Of a stretch of DNA of 64,000 bases, positions 34,093-48,542 are shown one piece after another; positions within the stretch are counted from its first letter, which is position 1; every line of letters starts with the position of its first letter. The position numbers were made by a program, and so were the translations under genes. The DNA is from Macrostomum lignano (taxonomy: Eukaryota): positions 248,001-312,000 of the forward strand of contig NIVC01000106.1 in the NCBI GenBank assembly GCA_002269645.1, given 5' to 3'. Under the pieces are notes generated by a model. The model was given only the letters and a program-made list of their open reading frames with translations, ran no database searches and was not told the DNA's origin.

Positions 34093-36314
34093 CTAGCCCT
34101 CTGGCGTCCATTCCAGCCGGCACAGTCGCCCAGTAACCTGGCAGTCTGACAGGACGCCGCCCTGCAGCCAGGCCACACCGGTGGCCGGACACACGCAGGC
34201 CACGGCACCAGCGACAGCCGCGTCCTGACTGGCCTGGCCGCAGTCGAATGCGGCGACACCGTCCAGCAGGACGAAGTGCGATGTCGGGCCCTTGTGGCGT
34301 CCGGTGAAAGTCTCGCCGCCGTACAGCAGAATCCGGCGACCGCCTGCGGCGAATGCCGAGTGGCCGCGACGGCCATTGCGACGGGGATCGCTTGGCCGGC
34401 ACGGGATCGACTTTGAGTCCAGAACTGCCGCTGCGAATGAGGCTGCCGCGTGGCAGATTGGACCTGCGGAGGATGGGAGTGCTCAAAACTGAGATAATTG
34501 CTCACAGTTGGGCTAAAAAGTGCTCAAAACTGAGATAATTGCTCACAGTTGGGCTAAAAAGTGCTCAAAACTGAGATAATTGCTCAGAGTTCGCAACAAG
34601 TGCTCAAAACTAAGATAATTGCTCAGAGTTCGGCAACAAGTGCTCAAAACTGAGATAATTACTCAGAGTTGGGAAACAAGTGCTCAAAACTGAGATAATT
34701 GCTCAGAGCTGGGCCAAGAAGTGCTCAAAACTGAGATAATTGCTCAGAGTTGGGCCAAGAAGTGCTCAAACTGAAATAATTGCTCAGAGCCAAAAAGTGC
34801 TCAAAACTGGGATACTGTAATTGCTCAGAGCTGGGCCAAGAAATGCTCAAAACTGAGATAATAAAAAACCACCCCCAGTCTCACTAGGCTTCACTCCGCG
34901 GAAGGCATGCACCTCGGTGAGCTGGTCGGCCCGACCGCCCGTCACCACCAGCCGGCCGCCGCTGGAGTCGCCGACCGTGGCGTGGCCGCTGCGAGAGCCC
35001 ACCACAATGCCCGGCTCAGCGTACTCGGACGTGGCTGGCCGGCTGGCCCGGCCGGACAGCAGGAAGGCGTTGCCAGATCGGCGCTGAGTTCGCAGCGAGC
35101 CCTCGCGACCGATCAACAGGGCGGCGAAGTTGTCGCTTCCGGTTCTGACATCGCCTCCGCCGACGCCTGAAGGAAAATTTCATAAAAATTGAGTTGAGTT
35201 GACCTGCAGCCAAGCGAGAAGGCGAGCAGTCATGGGTGGATGCTGTAGAAAAAGGAAAAGAAACGACTCTAAAACGGAAGTTTCACAAGCTCGAAGTGTG
35301 ATAAGCTCGAAGTGTGATAAGCTCGAAGTGTGATAAGCTCGAAGTGTGATAAGCTCGAAGTGTGATAAGTTCGAAGTGTGATAAGTTCGAAGTGTCACAA
35401 GCTCGAAGTATCACAACAAGCTCGAAGTGTCACAAGCTCGAAGTGTCACAAGCTCGAAGAGTGATAAGCTCGAAGTGTCACAAGTTCGAAGTGTCACAAG
35501 CTCGAAGTGTCACAAGCTCGAAGTGTCACAAGCTCGAAGAGTGATAAGCTCGAAGTGTCACAAGTTCGAAGTGTCACAAGTTCGAAGTGTCACAACAAGC
35601 TCGAAGTGTCACAAGCTCGAAGTGTCACAACAAGCTCGAAGTGTGATAAGCTCGAAGTGTCACAAGCTCGAAGTGTCACAAGTTCGAAGTGTCACAAGCT
35701 CGAAGATTTACTAACTCAAACTCGTTCTAGTTTCAAAAGTGACTGGCAGATCTGTTCGAAAATGGTGAACTATTTTTAAGGTAAATTTCTAAAAAACCCA
35801 CAGATAAACAAAGCGATGTACTTTTTCTCCGTCCTCCAGCATTAGCAGCTGTCGCAACAGCGGTCGCCGTATGACCGCTCAAGCCGGCTCCACGAGGAAA
35901 ATTGCCGGGCTGCAGGCCGACACAGATCCAACGGCACTCGGCTGTATCATAGCAGGACAAACCGCTTGTCCGCTGACGGCCGTCCCAACCGCCTAGCAAC
36001 AGGAGGTAGCGGTTAGCAACTGTCAGGGAGGCGTGCCCGCTAAGCGCTGGAGACTCCGGCGTGGTCAGGTCGGTCCAGACTCCGCTGTCCAGCTGGCACC
36101 TGTGCAGCTGGTTGACTGGCGACTGGCCGCGGTACTGGCTGACCCCGCCGTGGGTGTACAGGCAGCCCCCGATCACCTGGCCCGTGTGCTCGGCGACCCG
36201 GGGCCCTCCGGCGCTACCGATGGAGCGCCAGGTCAGGTGCAGCTGCACTGGCTGGGAATCCAGGCTGGAGCGCCGGGCTGCGGCCTGCCTTGCCGGTCTG
36301 GGTGGTGATGAGGA
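34093..36314 (-). CDS. KLHDC9: Kelch domain-containing protein 9 homolog, 381 codons with no Met; exons 36314-35822, 35166-34885, 34463-34093; start codon not in these exons
   Basis: LLGGWDGRQR, AGLSGHTAT, IGREGSLRTQRRSG, SRSGHA and LYGGETF match the KLHDC9 motifs GGWDGSRR, AGLSSHTCT, GREGGIHTQRRYG, SRSGHC and FGGETL. Both introns are phase 1 and in frame to TAG 34095-34093. Confidence 0.85.
34480..34860. repeat. ~41-bp minisatellite filling KLHDC9 intron 2
   Basis: GTGCTCAAAACTGAGATAATTGCTCA.AGTTGG... about 9 units. Confidence 0.93.
35285..35705. repeat. 16-bp minisatellite (AGCTCGAAGTGT[G/C]A[T/C]A) in KLHDC9 intron 1
   Basis: Tandem units visible. Confidence 0.95.
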
Positions 36315-36339
36315 CTGGAGAGGAATGGGATGCGCTGGA

Positions 36340-36721
36340 TGCGTATGTCTGTCTGTCTGCCTGTCTGTCTGTATGTCTGTCTGCCTTCCTGTCTGTCTGC
36401 TTGTCTCTCTGTCTGCTTGTCTCTCTGTCTGTCTTTCTGTTTGTCGGTCTGTCTGTCTTCCTGTCTGTCTGTCTGTCTTCCTGTCTGCCTGTCTGTCTGT
36501 CTGCCTGTCTGTCTGTCTGCCTGTCTGTCTGCCTGTCTGTCTGTCTGTCTGTCTGGCTGTCTGTCTGTCTGCCTTCCTGTCTGTCTGCTTGTCTCTCTGT
36601 CTGCTTGTCTCTCTGTCTGTCTTTCTGTTTGTCGGTCTGTCTGTCTTCCTGTCTGTCTTTCTGTCTTCCTGTCTGCCTGTCTGTCTGTCTGCCTGTCTGT
36701 CTGTCTGCCTGTCTGTCTGCC

Positions 36722-36754
<33 letters not shown>

Positions 36755-36905
36755 GCCTGTCTGTCTGTCTGTCTGCCTTCCTGTCTGTCTGCTTGTCTCT
36801 CTGTCTGTCTTTCTGTTTGTCGGTCTGTCTGTCTTCCTGTCTGTCTGTCTTCCTGTCTGCCTGTCTGTCTGTCTGCCTGTCTGTCTGTCTGCCTGTCTGT
36901 CTGCC

Positions 36906-36938
<33 letters not shown>

Positions 36939-37250
36939 GCCTTCCTGTCTGTCTGCTTGTCTCTCTGTCTGTCTTTCTGTTTGTCTTCCTGTCTGTCTTC
37001 CTGTCTGTCTGTCTGTCTTCCTGTCTGTCTCTCTGTCTGTCTTCCTGTTTGTCTGTCTGTCTGTCAGTCTGTCTGTCTGTCTGTCTGCCTTCCTGTCTGT
37101 CTGCCTGTCTGTCTGCCTGCCTGTCTGCCGGTCTGTCTTCCTGTTTGTCCGTCCGTCTGTCTGTCTGCCTGTCTGTCTTCCTGTTTATCTGTCTGTCTTC
37201 CTGTTTGTCTGTCCGTCTGCCTGTCTTTTCCGCCCGTCTGTCCGCTTTCG
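36340..37250. repeat. (CTGT)n-rich microsatellite immediately upstream of the first KLHDC9 acceptor
   Basis: Direct reading. Confidence 0.97.
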
Positions 37251-37629
37251 TGTTTATCTAATACGCAGTCGGCTCAAGACGGCAGAAATAGCACAGATTA
37301 GAACTCATGTAGATCGCATATGTATTGGCAGTTATACGAGTATCATACAGACTGTAGTTGAAACCAACGTAAGCTGCATGCCATACATGTACAATATATT
37401 CAACAATTCAATCCAGCATTAATATATCTTAACAAAATCAAGATGGATAGGCAAGAAATAGATCAACAAATAAATAAATTGAATTAGAGTGCAATTCTAG
37501 TACTGTACAATGCATAACCTTGAGTCGCAACCACAATCTAGTTTTTCCAACGCTAAGATCTGCCACTGACGCAGACAATGATACTTGAAATACAATAGGT
37601 GTCGGCAAAATTTTGTTCCCCAACGGCTC

Positions 37630-37745
37630 GATCGAGAACCTAACGCATGACTGGGGTCCAGAGTAGGGAAGGAGGGGAGAGAGGAGAGAGGAGAGAAGAG
37701 AGGAGAGAAGAGGAGATGAGAGTGGAGAAAACGACAGAGATTACT
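37630..37745 (-). mobile_element. Short relic of the microsatellite-cored element, copy E
   Basis: Reverse complement reads CT-rich core followed by CAGTCATGCGTTAGGTTCTCGATC. Confidence 0.45.
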
Positions 37746-37895
37746 AGAGATAAGTGAGTTTGCCGACCGCCTGAAGTACAATACTAACTATAAATAACCC
37801 GGCTTTACTTTGTGCAGTTAAATCCGGGCTCGTCAAATATAACCTAGTCATAAACAAAACAGACTACTAGTAATAGTAGTATCGTCAACTAATTG

Positions 37896-43374
<5,479 letters not shown>

Positions 43375-43574
43375 TTAGTATGGAAGCTAGCTTAAGCTGG
43401 AGAGTGGGTTAAAGAAATACTTTATAATACAGTTGCTTTTGTTTTATGCTACTTAACTGTTGAATAAAGAGTAGTCAAGTACGATTATTGGATTTTAATA
43501 GGAATTCAGAAGCTTAAAAAAGTTCAACTGTTTTATGAAGTGCTGGAAGTGACCTTCGTGGATTTTCAGTGAGC

Positions 43575-44890
43575 TGCAGGGTCCTTCAGTAGGTCACTGT
43601 CAAATCCAGGGCCCTTTAAAAAGTCACTGTCACATCCATGATTCTTCAATAGGTCACTGTCACATCCATGATTCTTCAATAGGTCACTGTCACATCCAGG
43701 ATCCTTCAATAGGTCACTGTTACATCCGGGATACTTCAATAGGTTACTGTCACACCCATGATTCTTCAATAGGTCACTGTTACATCCGGGATTCTTCAAT
43801 AGGTCACTGTCACATCCGGGATTCTTCAATAGGTCACTGTCACATCCAGGATCCTTCAATAGGTCACTGTTACATCCGGGATCCTTCAAACGGTCACTGT
43901 CACACCTGGGATCCTTCAATAGGTCACTGTCACATCCGGGATCCTTCAATAGGTCACTGTCACATACGGGATCCTTCAATAGGTCACTGTCACATCCAGG
44001 ATCCTTCAATAGGTCACTGTCACATCCATGATTCTTCAATAGGTCACTGTCACATCCATGATATCCATCAATAGGTAACTTTCACATCCATGATTCTTCA
44101 ATAGGTCACTGTCACATCCAGGATCCTTCAATAGGTCACTGTCACACCCGGGATCCTTCAATAGGTCACTGTCACATCCGGGATTCTTCAATAGGTCACT
44201 GTCACATCCATGATATCCATCGATAGGTCACTGTCACATCCATGATTCTTCAATAGGTCACTGTCACATCCATGATATCCATCAATAGGTCACTTTCACA
44301 TCCATGATTCTTCAATAGGTCACTGTCACATCCAGGATCCTTCAATAGGTCACTGTCACACCCGGGATCCTTCAATAGGTCACTGTCACATCCGGGATTC
44401 TTCAATAGGTCACTGTCACATCCATGATATCCATCGATAGGTCACTGTCACATCCATGATTCTTCAATAGGTCACTGTCACATCCGGGATCCTTCAATAG
44501 GTCACTGTCACATCCATGATATCCATCAATAGGTCACTGTCACATCCAGGATCCTTCAATAGGTCACTGTCACATCCATGATTCTTCAATAGGTCACTGT
44601 CACATCCGGGATCCTTCAATAGGTCACTGTCACATCCATGATATCCATCAATAGGTCACTGTCACATCCAGGATCCTTCAATAGGTCACTGTCACATCCA
44701 TGATTCTTTAATAGGTCACTGTCACACCCGGGATCCTTCAATAGGTCACTGTCACATCCAGGATCCTTCAATAGGTCACTGTCACATCCGGGATCCTTCA
44801 ATAGGTCACTGTCACACCCGGGATCCTTCAATAGGTCACTGTCACATCCGGGATCCTTCACATAGGTCACTGTCACATCTAGGGTCCTTT
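43575..44890. repeat. 30-bp minisatellite (AGGTCACTGTCACATCCRKGATYCTTCAAT) between POLE3 and NPRL3
   Basis: About 43 units. Confidence 0.96.
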
Positions 44891-45548
44891 CAGAGGCCGC
44901 TGAAAACCCTGTTTAGTTTCGACTACCAAAACAAGGTCTGATAACAACTGACCTGACTGCAAAAATCAAAGCGATAAAAATTGCCATTTTATTTTTCTTT
45001 TAAAAATTAAATTGGACTGTTTTAAACGCAACATATATTTAGTTATTACTTCAATTATTATTCAAATGCATAGCATAGAAAAAAAACACAAAAAACTACA
45101 TGCGATAAAAATGAGAACCAATGCCATTTCGTATATAATAGACATACTGTAACAGGATTACAAATGCTGTTGCAATAGAGAATATTTATAATATCATCAT
45201 TTAAGCAACGACTGCACACAGAACGAAATTGAGTTGAATTACAAAAAAGTACAAAAATGCATTTAGTTTATATAATCTGCTGTCGTAATAATTGACACTA
45301 TAATAACGGTACGACAGTTTAGATGATTACATACATGCGTAACACAAGGTCCAGCCAAAGTAACTCGCAAAATACCCACCCGTAGAACTAACTAGATGAC
45401 AAAGCTTTTAGCCTTAACAATACAGTCATAGTTACTTCTGCCGTTTGCCCAAAATAACGTTAATATTTCTAGGCTTCTTTCATAGGTAAGTCACGTTTTT
45501 GGCAGGGGGGGGGGTTGCGCATGTATGGATGGTTATAGTAATAATTAC

Positions 45549-46188
45549 TTAAAGAAACTCAATGGTATCAGCCTCAAACGAGACCACATTATTTGGCACA
45601 GACCAAGGCTTGCTGTTGTCACTGACCTCGGCAGCAACTGGTGTGTCCTCAGCATCCTTGCTGCCGGCCTTGTCTTCATCACACGATGAAGATGGCGCGT
45701 GAAACTGAATCAAAGCGTCGACATATGATCGGCGAGGCTGCTGAACTTGTTTCACCGGTGGAACAGGTGTCATCACCGGCTCTACCGGTGAAGCCTGGCT
45801 AGTGTCGCCTTCTTTGTCGTCAGTGCCGGACACAACCGCGTTCATGATGTCATCTAAATCGTCCAGAGTGGCAGTTGGACCGCTGTTGGCGTCGTTGCTA
45901 ACAATATTATTGTTAGTGTTCAGCGTTTTAAAGTCTGCCAACGGGTCCTGCGGGCAGATAGTGATGAATGCGTTTGATGAGCCTGCAGTGGGTCTGAGAA
46001 AAGACAGTGCCTAAATGTCTGTCTGCCCCTGTCTGTCTGTCTGTCTTAGTGTCTGTCTGCCTGTCAGTCTGTCTGCCTGTTGTCTGTCTGTCTGTATGTG
46101 TGTCTGTCTGTCTGTCTGTCTGTCTGCGTGTCTATCTGTCTTTCTGTCTGCGTGTCTGTCTGTCTGTCTGTCTGTCTTTCTGTCTGCG

Positions 46189-46225
<37 letters not shown>

Positions 46226-47800
46226 GCGTGTCTGTCTGTCTGTCTGTCTGTCTGCGTGTCTGTCTGTCTGTCTGTCTGTCTGTCCGGGCGTGTGTGTCTA
46301 CCTGCTCAAGCTCGGCATCCTCAGCATCAGCCTCATCGGCCGCCCCCCGCCCTCTGGTCCGCAGGCGCTCCAGGCACTCCCGGACAGCTGGCAGGAAGGC
46401 TTCGAATTCGGCTTCGACCAGAGCCAGCTCAACATCGGCAGCCGTCATCGTTTTGCGACCCTGCGGAGCCGCCGCCTTCTTGCTGTTCAACGGCTGCTTG
46501 CGAAAGACGCGACCTCGAGTAGATCGGTGCTGCCTGGTGTTGCGGGCGAAATTGAGATCGGTGATCATTGAGGTTGGGGTTGAACTGATGACAGTTAGGC
46601 CTACGTCCTCTCCTGTTCTTCTTTCCCACTCTCACTCTCTATCTCGCTATAAAATCTCTCACACTCTACCAGTCAAGCATTATATCCTACCTCACTCCTC
46701 TATATGTTTCTTCCCCACTCTTTATGTAGCTCTCCTCATACATTACTGTCTGGTTCCTCTCTAATTGCCTCTCACTCTCTACCTGTCTCTCCCTCACTCT
46801 CTTCCTGTCTCTCCCTCACTCTCTTCCTGTCTCTCCCTCACTCTCTTCCTGTCTCTCCCTCACTCTCTTCCTGTCTCTCCCTCACTCTCTTCCTGTCTCT
46901 CCCTCACTCTCTTCCTGTCTCTCCCTCACTCTCTTCCTGTCTCTCCCTCACTCTCTTCCTGTCTCTCCCTCACTCTCTTCCTGTCTCTCCCTCACTCTCT
47001 ACCTGTCTCTCCCTCACTCTCTACCTGTCTCTCCCTCACTCTCTATCTGTCTCTCCCTCACTCTCTACCTGTCTCTCCCTCACTCTCTACCTGTCTCCCT
47101 CACTCTCTACCTGTCTCTCCCTCACTCTCTACCTGTCTCTCCCTCACTCTCTACCTGTCTCTCCCTCACTCTCTACCTGTCTCTCCCTCACTCTCTACCT
47201 GTCTCCCTCACTCTCTACCTGTGTCTCCCTCACTCTCTTCTCTCCCTCACTCTCTACCTGTCTCCCTCACTCTCTACCTGTCTCTCCCTCACTCTCTTCT
47301 CTCCCTCACTCTCTACCTGTCTCTCCCTCACTCTCTACCTGTCTCCCTCACTCTCTACCTGTCTCTCCCTCACTCTCTACCTGTCTCTCCCTCACTCTCT
47401 ACCTGTCTCTCCCTCACTCTCTACCTGTCTCTCCCTCACTCTCTACCTGTCTCCCTCACTCTCTACCTGTGTCTCCCTCACTCTCTTCTCTCCCTCACTC
47501 TCTACCTGTCTCCCTCACTCTCTACCTGTCTCTCCCTCACTCTCTTCTCTCCCTCACTCTCTACCTGTCTCTCCCTCACTCTCACCTGGCAGCCTCGGCC
47601 AGCATGACATCATTAGCGGCCGCAGTCAATCGCAGAGCGAACGCAATCGCACAATCACCAATCAATTTCCTAGCGTCCTTAGCAACGGAAGCCGAGTCGG
47701 GTAGCGAAGATTTGATCAGACGATTGAGCACAGTTTGAGGCAGACCCAGCTGCTCAAACGTTGGACCAGTTTCTTCAGACTGAAACACAGACACCATCAT
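45549..47800 (-). CDS. POLE3: DNA polymerase epsilon subunit 3 / CHRAC17 histone-fold protein with extended acidic tail; exons 47800 (or acceptor 47779)-47586, 46482-46302, 45947-45549
   Basis: [27 protein letters not shown] and [31 protein letters not shown] match the POLE3 histone fold ([58 protein letters not shown]). Phases 2 and 0 consistent; the exon 2 acceptor is one of two possible sites. Confidence 0.88.
46015..46290. repeat. (CTGT)n microsatellite, POLE3 intron 2
   Basis: Direct reading. Confidence 0.96.
46765..47580. repeat. 22-bp CT-rich minisatellite (CTGTCTCTCCCTCACTCTCT[T/A]C), POLE3 intron 1
   Basis: Direct reading. Confidence 0.95.
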
Positions 47801-48542
47801 TAAATATAAAATACGAGGTATATAAAATTAGCGCGATAATTCGGAATTATTTTATGCTAATGCATACCGAGTCAGTGTCGCAAATAATAAATTCAGAAGA
47901 CATTAGTTATATAGTCTATATAAATTCAACCTTTTATATTTATTTTATGCAAAAATCAAGGTGACATTTGAAGGTCAAACCCTGAAATATAAATATCACT
48001 ATACAAAATCATATTTTGTCTCCTATCTTTTTAGCAAATTGATAAATAGGGTGAGAGTTCCATACGTCTGATTGTGCGGTTTTGGTAGGGTTAGGATGAA
48101 GGAGAGACAGGGGAGGGAGAAGGGTTCATCACACTGGGGAAGATTCACACAGGAAGACAGTAAAAGTGAGACGGCAGAGAGGACTAATCCAAGGGGGGGG
48201 GGCAGAGGGCCAATGAACGAGTCGCGTCAGAAAATATCTATAAAATGCCATTATGCATCTATCTACTGAACTGAGTAGCTAAGACGCGAATTTGTCGAGC
48301 GGCCTTTGAGTAGCAATTTTACGATCTGCAGCAAATGAATTTAATATTAGATTTTGAGCAACTTCAGGCGCAACGCCTTCTGGCGACATCATTTCACAAC
48401 GCCGTCGGTGAGGCAATTCTGCTCATTCTGCTCAGAAGGCCCCAGGCTCTACCCTCTAAATATTGAGGAACCAAAACGAAAAGAAAATGCAACAACAACA
48501 GAAGGCCTTCTGTGTCAGCTTATTACGAGTAACTGATAAAAA

